From contig OY761159.2 in NCBI GenBank assembly GCA_963664395.2, forward strand, positions 3,264,001 to 3,328,000: a stretch of DNA of 64,000 nucleotides, given 5' to 3'. Below the pieces are notes generated by a model. That model had not been told where the DNA came from, did not search any database, and saw nothing but the letters and a program-made list of their open reading frames with translations. Shown here piece by piece: positions 34,938 to 45,076 of the stretch. Source of the stretch: Candidatus Binatia bacterium (GTDB lineage: Bacteria > Desulfobacterota > Binatia > Bin18). Each line of letters opens with the position of its first letter. The first letter of the stretch is position 1. The position numbers were made by a program, and so were the translations under genes.

Positions 34938-37631
34938 ATGGCGCTGCATATCGACTTCCCCAACTCCCCCCACGCGATTCTTGACCCAGAGTTTCGCTGG
35001 TTTCCTGCGGATGAGGCACTGCGTCATACCAGCACGGAAAAGCTGATGCCACCACTTGTGGCGCAGCTGCGACGTAAGGTTAAGGAATTCCGCGACAGCG
35101 GCTATGTGGGCGCCAGCGATACCAGCAAGAGCCTGCTCAATTGGTGGTTTGTGGAACCGCATTTGTTGCCGAAAGCAGACGGCAGTATGGAGAAATTTGA
35201 ATATTTCTTCGCCCAGCGGGAAGCGCTGGAAACCATTATTTATCTGTACGACGTGAGAGGCGCGAAGGACAAATACGATCTGATGCGTTTTGACGCCAGC
35301 GGCGTGGTCTCCAGCGGCATGTTCGATGAGAGCTGGCGACGGTATGTGATCAAGATGGCCACCGGCAGCGGCAAGACCAAGGTACTGAGTTTGGCTTTGG
35401 CGTGGAGTTTTTATCATAAGCTGTATGAAACGGCCTCCGAACTGTCACGCAATTTTCTGGTGATCGCCCCGAACATTATTGTGCTGGACCGACTCTACAG
35501 GGATTTCCAGGGGTTGCGTATCTTCTTCGAGGACCCGGTCATTCCCGACAACGGCTACGATGGGCGCAACTGGCGGGACGATTTTCAACTGACGCTACAT
35601 CTTCAGGACGAGGTACGGGTATCCCGCCCAACGGGCAATATATTCCTGACCAATATCCACCGCGTCTATTCGGGGGAAGACATTCCACCCTCGCCCGATG
35701 ACGAAGACACCAGAGAATATTTTCTGGGCAAACGGCCCACCGGCGCGACCACGGATTCCAAGTTGGACCTCGGCGACATCGTGCGTGACATTGACGAACT
35801 CATGGTACTGAACGACGAGGCGCATCATATTCACGACAACAAGTTGGCGTGGTTCAAGTCAATTGAAGACATTCACAATCGCCTTGTACAAAAAGGTGGG
35901 GCGTTGAGTTTGCAGGTGGATGTGACGGCAACGCCAAGGCACAACGACGGGGCAATTTTCGTGCAGACGGTGGCCGACTATCCGCTGGTGGAGGCGATTT
36001 CGCAGAATGTGGTGAAGCATCCGGTCCTGCCGGATGCCGCAAGCCGGGCGAAACTATCCGAGCAGCAGAGTGCGAAATTTACCGAGAAGTATGCCGACTA
36101 CCTTGACCTCGGCGTCATTGAATGGCGCAAGGCGTATCAAGAACACAGCAAGTTGGGCAAAAAGGCGATTCTGTTCGTGATGACGGACGACACCCGTAAC
36201 TGCGATGAGGTGGCCGCGTATCTGGAGAACCGCTACCCGGACCTGAAAGATGCGGTGCTGACCATTCACACCAAGAACAACGGCGAGATTTACGAAGCGT
36301 CTTCGAGCAAGCAAAAGGAAGAGTTGGAGCAGTTACGCAAGCAGGCAAACGAGATTGATACGGCAACCAGCCCCTACAGAGCCATTGTGTCCGTGATTAT
36401 GCTGAAAGAAGGCTGGGATGTGCGCAATGTGACAACGATTGTGGGACTACGAGCGTACTCGGCCAAGAGCAATATCTTGCCCGAGCAGACCCTTGGCCGG
36501 GGCTTGCGCAAGATGTATCCGGGAGACACCGAGGAATATGTCAGCGTGGTCGGCACCGATGCCTTTATGGAGTTCGTTGAATCGATTCAGTCTGAAGGTG
36601 TTGAACTTGAACGTAAGGCTATGGGCGAAGGCTCCGGGCCGAAAACTCCGCTGGTGGTAGAAGTCGATAACGACAATACGAATAAGAATATCGATGCCCT
36701 GGATATCGAGATTCCGATACTGACGCCGCGAGCCTATCGGGAATACGGGAATCTGGCCGCTCTGGACTCCACGGTAAGGCCATTCACGCCGGTTGCCTAT
36801 CAGCAATTCAGCCAGGAAGAGCAACGCGAGATCGTATTCAAGGATATTACCACTGGGGAAGTGACCCATACCACGGTGCTGGACAGTGCAGGGATTGCCG
36901 ACTATCGAAGTGTCATCGGCTATTTTGCTCAAACCGTGATGAAAGAGCTGCGGCTGGTAAGCGGCTACGATGTGCTCTACGGCAAAGTGAAAGGCTTTGT
37001 GCGGGACGCCCTGTTCGGCCAAACAGTAGACCTGGAGTCGCCGAACACACTGCGCAATCTGTCGGAGTTGGCCGCCACCAAGACGGTGATTGAGTGCTTC
37101 AAGCGGGCGGTGAATGATCTGACAGTGCAGGATAAAGGCGACGCCCGGATACGGGACACGATCAAGCTGCGTCAAACCCGGCCCTTTGTGGTGAAGGATC
37201 AAGCCTATCTCATACCGAGCAAGAGCGTGTTCAATCGCGTTATCGGTGACAGCCAGTTTGAGTTGACATTTGCCGGTTTTCTGGAGCAGTGCGGTGACGT
37301 GATTGCCTACACTAAAAACTATCTGGCTGTGAACTTCAAACTGGATTATGTGAGCGCCAGTGGAGACATCTCGAATTATTACCCGGACTTCATTGTGAAG
37401 TTGTCGAACGGGCAGATTGTCATTGTGGAAACCAAGGGACAGGAAGACCTGGATGTACCACCGAAAATGAAACGGCTACGGCAATGGTGCGAAGACGTCA
37501 ACAGAGTACAGACGAAAACGGAATATGCGTTTGTTTTTGTGGATGATGTGGGGTTTGCAAAGTACGACCCAAAGACCTTTGACGTATTATTGGCTGGCTT
37601 TCAAGATTATCAATCAGACGCAGCAGAGTGA
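34938..37631 (+). CDS. res: Type III-like restriction endonuclease Res subunit (SF2 helicase plus PD-(D/E)xK)
   Basis: MATGSGKT, NDEAHH, TATP, LKEGWD, QTLGRGLR, YYPDF...VETKG. Confidence 0.9.
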   Translation: MALHIDFPNSPHAILDPEFRWFPADEALRHTSTEKLMPPLVAQLRRKVKEFRDSGYVGASDTSKSLLNWWFVEPHLLPKADGSMEKFEYFFAQREALETIIYLYDVRGAKDKYDLMRFDASGVVSSGMFDESWRRYVIKMATGSGKTKVLSLALAWSFYHKLYETASELSRNFLVIAPNIIVLDRLYRDFQGLRIFFEDPVIPDNGYDGRNWRDDFQLTLHLQDEVRVSRPTGNIFLTNIHRVYSGEDIPPSPDDEDTREYFLGKRPTGATTDSKLDLGDIVRDIDELMVLNDEAHHIHDNKLAWFKSIEDIHNRLVQKGGALSLQVDVTATPRHNDGAIFVQTVADYPLVEAISQNVVKHPVLPDAASRAKLSEQQSAKFTEKYADYLDLGVIEWRKAYQEHSKLGKKAILFVMTDDTRNCDEVAAYLENRYPDLKDAVLTIHTKNNGEIYEASSSKQKEELEQLRKQANEIDTATSPYRAIVSVIMLKEGWDVRNVTTIVGLRAYSAKSNILPEQTLGRGLRKMYPGDTEEYVSVVGTDAFMEFVESIQSEGVELERKAMGEGSGPKTPLVVEVDNDNTNKNIDALDIEIPILTPRAYREYGNLAALDSTVRPFTPVAYQQFSQEEQREIVFKDITTGEVTHTTVLDSAGIADYRSVIGYFAQTVMKELRLVSGYDVLYGKVKGFVRDALFGQTVDLESPNTLRNLSELAATKTVIECFKRAVNDLTVQDKGDARIRDTIKLRQTRPFVVKDQAYLIPSKSVFNRVIGDSQFELTFAGFLEQCGDVIAYTKNYLAVNFKLDYVSASGDISNYYPDFIVKLSNGQIVIVETKGQEDLDVPPKMKRLRQWCEDVNRVQTKTEYAFVFVDDVGFAKYDPKTFDVLLAGFQDYQSDAAE

Positions 37632-37702
37632 CGGACCGGAGGAGGGCAAAAGGGGAGAACAGGTCTTTCCTTATATTCCAGCCGAGATTTTCCAATGCAG
37701 AT

Positions 37703-38953
37703 TTAATGAAAGCCCATTATGTCGTGGTAGTAATGCCAATACCCGCGAATGGCACTCTCGGTTAAGAGATTTTCCTGATTCTCTCTTCCCGTACCACCGA
37801 AGGCGAGGAGGGAGCAGGCGTCCTTTTCTCGGGCGATAGCCTGCTGGACCAATTCAGTGGCGTAGCCGTCCTCCATGGAAATATAGCCGGCCGGACCGAC
37901 CAAATTGGCCTGTTTGAGGCGGATGTTGCGGATTTCCTCATCATCATCTGCATAGCCAAAGAACGTAAACAGCAGTTCAAACTGACCTGGCCCCTTGGGC
38001 AGAATATGTCGGGTCGCCAGCGTGTTTTGAATCTGCTGGACGACCAGACACGGAAAAATCATCTGGATGTGGTTGGTCAATTCCAGCTCGAATTCTTTGC
38101 GTGAGGTGAGGAGTGAGGGGTCGGCTAGGGTGTAATCCGTCTGGTAACTGCGGATGTTCTTGCCTGTGTAGGCGGCAATCTCTTCCTGCTCTGTCTTCTT
38201 ATACGCGCGCAGCATGCTGTGTCGGCCGGCCTCATCCATAATCACCCCGCCCCCTTGGGATGAACGATAGATGCCAAAAGTCGTGTGAAAGAGATGCAAC
38301 AGACTGGCGTGATAGGGGTCCTTCACGTTCTCTGAGTAGAGTTTCCAGTTGGCATGAATGAATTGACGGGCATAGCCCAACACCTGGACCGGTCGGTTGA
38401 AGACCCGGTCGAGCCACGGTTGCATGGCCGGGCCAAGATAGTCTGCCAGCGGCTCAACCTCAGCAGAAAAGGACGCGAAGATAAGACCGTTATAGGTATC
38501 CACTTGCAGTTTCCGGAGTGAGTGCTGCGCGAGATCAAAGTCGGCGGGGTAGCCGCCCTGGCGATGAATGCCGGTGCGAAACGGGACACCGATCAGATCG
38601 CCTTGCTGGTTATAACTCCACTGGTGGTAGATACAGGTGTGGGTTGCCCGATTACCACGAGACTCGCGGCACACCATTGCCCCGCGATGCGCGCACCGAT
38701 TCACAAAGGCGTGCAGCCGGCCCGCTTTGTCGCGTGACACAACGATGGGCGTATCACCCACAAAGGTTGATTTGAAGTCGCCTGGGTTGGCAACCTCAGC
38801 TTCGAGGCCCACATAACTCCACGTCGGACCTCTGAAGATTCGTTCCTGTTCCCGGGCATACATCGCGGGATCACAAAAGACCTGATACGGGACTGAGGTC
38901 ATATCCGGCCAGCCCACCGCGCCGAGAGTGTTGTCCGTGGGTGAAAGGCTCAT
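37703..38953 (-). CDS. Rieske aromatic ring-hydroxylating oxygenase alpha subunit (salicylate/anthranilate/terephthalate clade)
   Basis: NRCAHRG...CIYHQW Rieske motif; ENVKDPYHASLLH and EDG mononuclear Fe ligands. Confidence 0.92.
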   Translation of the reverse strand: MSLSPTDNTLGAVGWPDMTSVPYQVFCDPAMYAREQERIFRGPTWSYVGLEAEVANPGDFKSTFVGDTPIVVSRDKAGRLHAFVNRCAHRGAMVCRESRGNRATHTCIYHQWSYNQQGDLIGVPFRTGIHRQGGYPADFDLAQHSLRKLQVDTYNGLIFASFSAEVEPLADYLGPAMQPWLDRVFNRPVQVLGYARQFIHANWKLYSENVKDPYHASLLHLFHTTFGIYRSSQGGGVIMDEAGRHSMLRAYKKTEQEEIAAYTGKNIRSYQTDYTLADPSLLTSRKEFELELTNHIQMIFPCLVVQQIQNTLATRHILPKGPGQFELLFTFFGYADDDEEIRNIRLKQANLVGPAGYISMEDGYATELVQQAIAREKDACSLLAFGGTGRENQENLLTESAIRGYWHYYHDIMGFH

Positions 38954-39070
38954 CGTGCTACCTCCCTTGCAATCTCTCTTCTGCTCTCTCCAGTAGATAC
39001 CGCTTGGTGTTGATTGACAAGCCATGTTCGAGACGCGTATACGAGGGAACTGAGAGACAAGGGAGGGACC

Positions 39071-39328
39071 ATGAGTGCGCAGAGCTTGAATATCATGCTG
39101 GTTGATCTGTTTCGATCTGAGGCTGAGTTGGCACAGTATCAGAAAGAGCCTGAGGTGATTCTGGCAAACTACGAGGTGACGGACGAAGAGCGGGCGCGGC
39201 TCAAAGACACGGACCTGGGTTGGCTCTATACACACGGGATTCACCCGTACATTCTGGTCCAGTTTGCCTTAGCCCTGGGGATAGAGATCCCGCAGTATGT
39301 GCAGCAGGTGAAAGAAGCGACGGGGTAG
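39071..39328 (+). CDS. LigA-like small subunit of an extradiol dioxygenase
   Basis: PE..LANYEVTDEER..L...DL..LY..GIHPYIL; directly upstream of the LigB-like gene. Confidence 0.8.
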   Translation: MSAQSLNIMLVDLFRSEAELAQYQKEPEVILANYEVTDEERARLKDTDLGWLYTHGIHPYILVQFALALGIEIPQYVQQVKEATG

Positions 39329-39365
39329 GGAAATTCCTATTAGGGTGCTTGCTAAAAGCCCTATT

Positions 39366-39403
39366 CCCCCTCACCCTAGCCCTCTCCCACCAGGGGAGAG
39401 GGG
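39366..39403. repeat. REP-like element CCCTCACCCTAGCCCTCTCCC...GGGGAGAGGG
   Basis: Same family as 28011-28046; lies between the ligA- and ligB-like genes. Confidence 0.7.
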
Positions 39404-39426
39404 ATAGAAGGAAAAAGGAGAACCAA

Positions 39427-40245
39427 ATGGCAGAAATCGTTGCAGCCATGTCGTCAGTCCACAGTCCCCTGATGATGAGTGCGCCCCACATGGCGGATGA
39501 GGCCACCTGGGGGAGGATCCATACGGGATTCGATACCCTGCGAGAAACTTTCACCTCGGCTGGGGCAGATACCATCGTCGTTATTTCAGATGAACATTTT
39601 AATGCGCTCGACCCGCGTCGCTATCCATCGTTCGGCGTGGTGACGGCTGAGACGAGCGTTGGTCCGGTAGAAAACTGGCTCGGCGTTCCCCGCGATAGCA
39701 TCTCGGTCAGGTTTGAGCCGGAGCTGGCTGAAGCGGTTCTTGATGAAGGTATGCGCCAAGGCTTCGATTTGACGCGGATTGGCGAAGTCGGCCTGGAGCA
39801 TGGATTTGTCACCTGCCTGAACTTTCTGACGCCGCAGTGGGATATGTCCTATCTCTGGCTGATTCAAAACTGTGTCCTGCCGCCCCTGCCCAGCCTGAAG
39901 CGGTGTTATGACTTTGGCCGGATGGTGGGTCAGGCCATCCGCTCGTGGGACAGCTCCCGGCGGGTGGCTCTGCTCGGCACGGGCGGTTTGTCCCATGCCG
40001 TTGGTACGCCGGACATGGGCAAGGTGGACCAGCAATTCGATAAAAAATTCCTGGATCTGCTGTGCAAGCAGGACCCGGCCATGTTCGATATTACGGATGT
40101 GGAGCTGGATACGATCGGCAACGGCACGCACGAGATCCGAAACTGGATTGCGGTGGCTGGTGCAGTCGAGGGCGCCCAAGGTGAAGTCGTCATGTACGAA
40201 GAAGCCATGGTCGTGGGCTTCGGCATGATGCAATTTCAGTTGTAA
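39427..40245 (+). CDS. LigB-family class III extradiol ring-cleavage dioxygenase
   Basis: SSVHSP, SDEH, LEHG, GTGGLSH, GTHEIRNW. Confidence 0.9.
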   Translation: MAEIVAAMSSVHSPLMMSAPHMADEATWGRIHTGFDTLRETFTSAGADTIVVISDEHFNALDPRRYPSFGVVTAETSVGPVENWLGVPRDSISVRFEPELAEAVLDEGMRQGFDLTRIGEVGLEHGFVTCLNFLTPQWDMSYLWLIQNCVLPPLPSLKRCYDFGRMVGQAIRSWDSSRRVALLGTGGLSHAVGTPDMGKVDQQFDKKFLDLLCKQDPAMFDITDVELDTIGNGTHEIRNWIAVAGAVEGAQGEVVMYEEAMVVGFGMMQFQL

Positions 40246-40269
40246 GGACGGCCTCATCCCGTAGGGCAG

Positions 40270-41151
40270 ATGAGCGCAGCCATGCCGCGTGGAACGCTCG
40301 TTGTCCTGGGTGTCGGCATTCTCGCCATTTCGACTGCCGCCCCACTGATAAAGCTTGTTCCCGACGTCCCTCCGCTCGTTGTGGCGGCCGCTCGGCTCGG
40401 CCTTGCCGCGCTGATATTCACCCCGCTGAGTGTGGTTCGACTCCGAACCGAACGCATCTCACTATCGGTTTCTGACCTGTGGGTTGTGGGTGTGGCCGGT
40501 CTGTGTTTGGCCCTCCATTTTGCCGCTTGGATTGCCTCGTTGCGCTACACGTCTGTGGCGAGTTCCGTAGCGCTGGTGACCATGAATCCTTTACTGCTCG
40601 CCCTGGCTGGCTATCTCATCTGGGGGGAACGGCTCGTCCGGCGTCAATGGTGTGGTATTGGCCTGGCGTTGCTGGGCAGCCTGTGCATTGGTTGGAACGA
40701 TTTTCAACAGGTGGGTCCAGCCGGAGAGTCGGCGCTGTATGGCGATGTCTTAGCCGTGTGCGGAGCCGTCATGGTGTCGGCCTATCTCCTGTGTGGACGA
40801 TTTGCCCGAGCGCGCCTCGGCTTGAGCGTGTATGTTGGGCTGGTCTATGGCTGGGCGGCCGGCATTTTACTCGTTGGCTGTCTTGTCCTCCAACTGCCGC
40901 TGCTGGGCTATGCCCCCCAGGCCTACCTCGTACTGGTCCTGCTGGCCCTTATTCCCCAAGTGTTGGGCCATACTATTCTGAACTGGGCGCTTGCCTATAT
41001 GTCCCCGACGCTGGTGGCGCTGGCGATTCTTGGCGAACCGGTTGGGGCCGTCCTGCTGGCCTCGATATTTCTCAACGAGCCGGTTGTCTTGCTCCAAGGG
41101 ATAGGAGGGGTATGCCTGCTCACGGGGATTGTGATGGGACAGCAACAGTAA
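40270..41151 (+). CDS. DMT/EamA family transporter
   Basis: About 10 TM segments; SLRYTSVASS, GHTILNWAL, LGEPVGA. Confidence 0.92.
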   Translation: MSAAMPRGTLVVLGVGILAISTAAPLIKLVPDVPPLVVAAARLGLAALIFTPLSVVRLRTERISLSVSDLWVVGVAGLCLALHFAAWIASLRYTSVASSVALVTMNPLLLALAGYLIWGERLVRRQWCGIGLALLGSLCIGWNDFQQVGPAGESALYGDVLAVCGAVMVSAYLLCGRFARARLGLSVYVGLVYGWAAGILLVGCLVLQLPLLGYAPQAYLVLVLLALIPQVLGHTILNWALAYMSPTLVALAILGEPVGAVLLASIFLNEPVVLLQGIGGVCLLTGIVMGQQQ

Positions 41152-41246
41152 CGGAATGGAGATGATGAGCACCCGACACAGGGCAACCACAAGGGTTGCC
41201 CCTACGTGGGCCGGCCCAAACCGTAGGGGCGTGGCCGTCCAGGCTT

Positions 41247-41954
41247 CTAGTCGTTATTCGCCAGGGAAAGCAGAATTTGCAGAATATACCAGAACATCAG
41301 GGCCACACCGGCAAACAACGCCAACGAGGCGGCCACGTGCTGATCGGGTCGATAGTGGTGAATAATGTTCGAGGTCGTATACAGGATAGACCCTGCGGCA
41401 AAGGCGACCATAATGGCGGAGAAGAACAATCCCAGGCTAAAGCCAAACAACATACTGGCCAAGATCACACCCAGGGCGACAAATCCACCTATGGAGAGAA
41501 TGCCCCGCAGAAAAGAGAAGTCTTTGCGCGTTGTGAAAGCCGTAAACGTCAGCCCGCCGAACAGCAGCAAGGTCATCAGTCCTGCCGTAGGAATAACATC
41601 CGGCGAGCTATAGTGCGTCGCAATATACAGCATGGGCAGAAAGATGACCGCCTCTGCCACGATATACAGGCCCAGTCCAAGATATTGCATCTGGGGCGAG
41701 GCATCAGACTGCGCCCAGCGGTCGGCCAGCCAGGACACGCCCATAAACGCGGCGAGCACGACGAACCAGCCGTAACCACCAACCATGGTCTGAGCCAGAG
41801 CTGGCGCAAACGACGACTGCAACAGGAGATTTTCAACCAGGATAAAGGCCAATATTGCCAATGCGAGGTGGGTGTACGTGCGGCGAATAAACCCCGCTCG
41901 CGCTACCTCAGACGCATGGGCCGCCGGCTGGGAATACGTCATAGTTGAAGCCAT
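41247..41954 (-). CDS. Bax inhibitor-1/YccA family membrane protein
   Basis: About 7 TM segments; RAGFIRRTY.HL, TRKDFSFL, ILYTTSNI. Confidence 0.9.
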   Translation of the reverse strand: MASTMTYSQPAAHASEVARAGFIRRTYTHLALAILAFILVENLLLQSSFAPALAQTMVGGYGWFVVLAAFMGVSWLADRWAQSDASPQMQYLGLGLYIVAEAVIFLPMLYIATHYSSPDVIPTAGLMTLLLFGGLTFTAFTTRKDFSFLRGILSIGGFVALGVILASMLFGFSLGLFFSAIMVAFAAGSILYTTSNIIHHYRPDQHVAASLALFAGVALMFWYILQILLSLANND

Positions 41955-42076
41955 ACATACCTCCGTAGAGTTGAAGAGTCTTTTTTCAGGCTAATGCCCT
42001 GGAGGGGTACAGTCAATAAGAGAAGGGGCAGCGCCCCTTCTCACGGCGATCAATCTGTGCGAAGAACTGCTCGTGT

Positions 42077-43003
42077 TTATTGGGCAAACGCCGCTTTCAG
42101 TTCCTCAGCCACTTCCGCTAGTGCTTTCTTCTGGGCGTCAAGATGGAAGAAGCTGAAGAAGCCGTGAATCGTTCCGTCGTAGCGGGATATTTTGATATCA
42201 GCGCCGGCGTCTTGGAGCCTTTTGCCGTAGGCTTCGCCTTCGTCGCGCAGGGGATCAAATTCGGCCGTAATCACCAGCCCCGGCGGAGGACTGTTCACGT
42301 ATTTAGCTTGCAAAGGCGAGGCATACGGAGCATTCCCGGCCTCGTCGTTTTCAAGATAGTGGTCCCAGAACCACACCATGGAGTCTTTGGTCAGCAGATA
42401 GTCTTCCCCATTCTGCTTACACGACTCGGTATCAAAGGAATGGTTGGTGACCGGATAGAGCAGGAGCTGGTAGGCGAGTGAAGGGGCACCGCGATCACCC
42501 GCCATGAGTGCCACTGCTGCGGCTAAGTTGCCGCCGGCACTATCACCGCCAACCGCCACCCGTTGCGGGTCTCCGCCAAGAGCAGCCGCATTTAACACGG
42601 CCCATTTGGTGGCTTCGTAACAATCCTCAGGCGCTGCGGGAAATTTATGCTCCGGAGCGAGGCGGTAATCGACTGCAAGCGTGATGCAGCCGGCGGCGTT
42701 GGCCAAGGCGCGGCAGGTTGCATCATGGCTTTCGAGGTTGCCGACCACCCAGCCGCCGCCGTGAAAAAAGACCAGAACGGGCAGCGGACCGTCTCCCTCG
42801 GGCGTGTAGAGCCGAATCGGCAGGTCTCCGGTCGGGGTCGGAATGGTCCGGTCTTCAACCTTGGCAACCGGCTCCGGATTTTCAACTTGGAAGAGCTGCA
42901 GAATAGCCTGGCGGGCTTCCGCGACCTCCATTTCATGAAAGCCACGACCGCCGGCGGCTGCGAGTTGATCAATAAATGCCTGTTCTTGCTGACCTAGGGG
43001 CAT
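42077..43003 (-). CDS. Alpha/beta hydrolase (HSL-family esterase)
   Basis: HGGG, GDSAG, DPLRDEG, HGF. Confidence 0.95.
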   Translation of the reverse strand: MPLGQQEQAFIDQLAAAGGRGFHEMEVAEARQAILQLFQVENPEPVAKVEDRTIPTPTGDLPIRLYTPEGDGPLPVLVFFHGGGWVVGNLESHDATCRALANAAGCITLAVDYRLAPEHKFPAAPEDCYEATKWAVLNAAALGGDPQRVAVGGDSAGGNLAAAVALMAGDRGAPSLAYQLLLYPVTNHSFDTESCKQNGEDYLLTKDSMVWFWDHYLENDEAGNAPYASPLQAKYVNSPPPGLVITAEFDPLRDEGEAYGKRLQDAGADIKISRYDGTIHGFFSFFHLDAQKKALAEVAEELKAAFAQ

Positions 43004-43112
43004 ACTTCCCTCCTTCGTGTGATTCGTACTGTGATGTGTCGAAATGTCAGGGCTGAAATGAGATGTTTATCTGGGGTGGGTGGTATTTTTCAAGAGGGCA
43101 ACCAAGCTGTGA

Positions 43113-44078
43113 TTACTGTGTACTCGCCCGGCCATTCACCCACTGGGCAAATTTATCCGTTTCATTCCGAGCCTGCTGCCACAGGAGCTGAACCGCGCGG
43201 TCCGGGTCCCAGCTACCGGGCCGTTCGATAAAGTCAAAACCCAGCTTATCCGGAGAATCTTTAATGCTCGAACGTAGAAACGGGTATTTATCCACCCAGG
43301 CTGTGACGGGCGAGTCATAAAAATAGAGAACGGTTTCAGAAGTAAAACTTGCGGCCCGCCCCGCCCGTATGTCTTTCCGTTCACTGTCGATATAGGCATG
43401 TTTATACTGACGGATGGCACGCGCCGTCTCATAATAACCGAAGAGTACTTTGGCGCCGGCCACGACGCGTTTTTCCGCCTCTCCCTGGCTTTGGCGACTC
43501 AAAGTGCGGATGCGATTTCTGGCCTCCCGCACGCCTTTCTCGTAGACTGGCAGTGGACCGGAGGGCACGGCCAGCATTTCCAACCCGCGCAACGTGGCGA
43601 GGGCCTGATCGCCCATCGCCTCTGTTTTTGCTTGAATTCCTTCCGGCAACGGCGCCGTCAACATGGTTTGCAGGCTTGCGACCGCCTGTTTCTCCTCTTT
43701 CTTCTCTTCTATACGTTGCCAAATTTCAGGCTCAAAAAATATCGGGCGGCGTTTCCCCTTGCGGGAGACTAACAGCAGGACGGCCTTTTGTTTTTTCTGG
43801 GCATCACGGACTGCGTTGCGGTAACTCGTACAGTTCTGAATGGGCCAGCTATTCACCTGTTCGAGGATGTCGCCTGTGCGCAACCCTACGCGTGAGCCTG
43901 GGGTGAGCTGGGTAATCTCGGCAATGGGCAGACCGGGCGACTCTTCTTGCGTGGTCGGATGGAGGCTGAGACCCAGATACTCTTGCGCCTCCTGGCATGG
44001 ATTCGCTCCTGCAGAGGGGGGATGAATAAAGAAACTCACTGTGACGACGACCGCAATAACGACAGCAGGGTATTTCAC
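43113..44078 (-). CDS. Secreted PDZ-domain-containing hypothetical protein
   Basis: Signal peptide; YLGL...GLRTGDILEQVN PDZ-like segment; helical remainder. Confidence 0.7.
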   Translation of the reverse strand: MKYPAVVIAVVVTVSFFIHPPSAGANPCQEAQEYLGLSLHPTTQEESPGLPIAEITQLTPGSRVGLRTGDILEQVNSWPIQNCTSYRNAVRDAQKKQKAVLLLVSRKGKRRPIFFEPEIWQRIEEKKEEKQAVASLQTMLTAPLPEGIQAKTEAMGDQALATLRGLEMLAVPSGPLPVYEKGVREARNRIRTLSRQSQGEAEKRVVAGAKVLFGYYETARAIRQYKHAYIDSERKDIRAGRAASFTSETVLYFYDSPVTAWVDKYPFLRSSIKDSPDKLGFDFIERPGSWDPDRAVQLLWQQARNETDKFAQWVNGRASTQ

Positions 44079-44157
44079 GCTGATGTGTTCCTTCTCTCTC
44101 TCTTGAGTGTCGGCATTGTATAGAGGGGAGCCTCAGACTGGAAGGGCGGTTGCTGCG

Positions 44158-45012
44158 CTATCTTTCCCCCCAGCGGAGCTTGTTGCGCAAGACATCAAAG
44201 AAGGTTCGGTTGGGGGAGATGATGAGCGGAACGGTGACGTGGGAGCGTTGAATACATACGGTGTCCCCACTCTTGAGGGGATGTCCTTCCTGGCCATCCA
44301 GGGTCAGGGTGACGTCCTCGTCCGGAGTCTGGACCACAACATTGATATCAGCCTGGTCAGACAGAATAATTGGACGGTTTGTCAATGTATGCGGACAGAT
44401 CGGAGTCAGCACGACAACACCCAGCGTGGCATCAATAATCGGCCCGCCGGCCGCCAGTGAATACGCAGTTGAGCCAGTTGGGGTAGCGACAATGAGACCG
44501 TCCGCTTTATAGGTACATAAATGTTTGCCATCCACCCAGGTTGCGAGGTCCATGATACGGGCCAGCGCGCCTTTGTTGATAACCGCGTCATTCAGCGCCT
44601 GAAACGTTCCAACCGACTTCTTCTCGCGGACCAGCGTGGCGGCGAGGAGGCTGCGTCGCTCAATTGCATAATCCCCGGCGAGGATACGTTCAAGCGTGGG
44701 CAGCAGTTCTGCGGTCGTTGTTTCGGTCAGAAAGCCCAGCCCGCCAAGATTGACGCCAAGAATGGGCACTTCCCGCGCAGTGGCCCGCCGGGCAACACTG
44801 AGCAGCGTGCCATCGCCACCCAGCACGACAACCAGGTCGGCCTGTGCCATGATTTCGACTTTACGCCACCCCCGCTCAAGGCCAAGTTCTTCACTGGTTC
44901 GGTCCTCGGGCAGGATCGTTTTGCCGCGCTCTTGAAGCCAGGCAGTCAGTTCGCGGCCAAGCACAATAGCCGCTGGAGTGTTGACTTTGATGACCAGACC
45001 GATTGTCTTCAT
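44158..45012 (-). CDS. nadK: NAD(+) kinase
   Basis: GGDGT, GVNLGGLGFL, ALND, DGLIVATPTGSTAYSLAAGG. Confidence 0.95.
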   Translation of the reverse strand: MKTIGLVIKVNTPAAIVLGRELTAWLQERGKTILPEDRTSEELGLERGWRKVEIMAQADLVVVLGGDGTLLSVARRATAREVPILGVNLGGLGFLTETTTAELLPTLERILAGDYAIERRSLLAATLVREKKSVGTFQALNDAVINKGALARIMDLATWVDGKHLCTYKADGLIVATPTGSTAYSLAAGGPIIDATLGVVVLTPICPHTLTNRPIILSDQADINVVVQTPDEDVTLTLDGQEGHPLKSGDTVCIQRSHVTVPLIISPNRTFFDVLRNKLRWGER

Positions 45013-45076
45013 GGCACCCTACTACCGAGCAGAGGGCGCTCCCTTTTCGCTGCACCCGGCGTATAATGGCGTGTAT

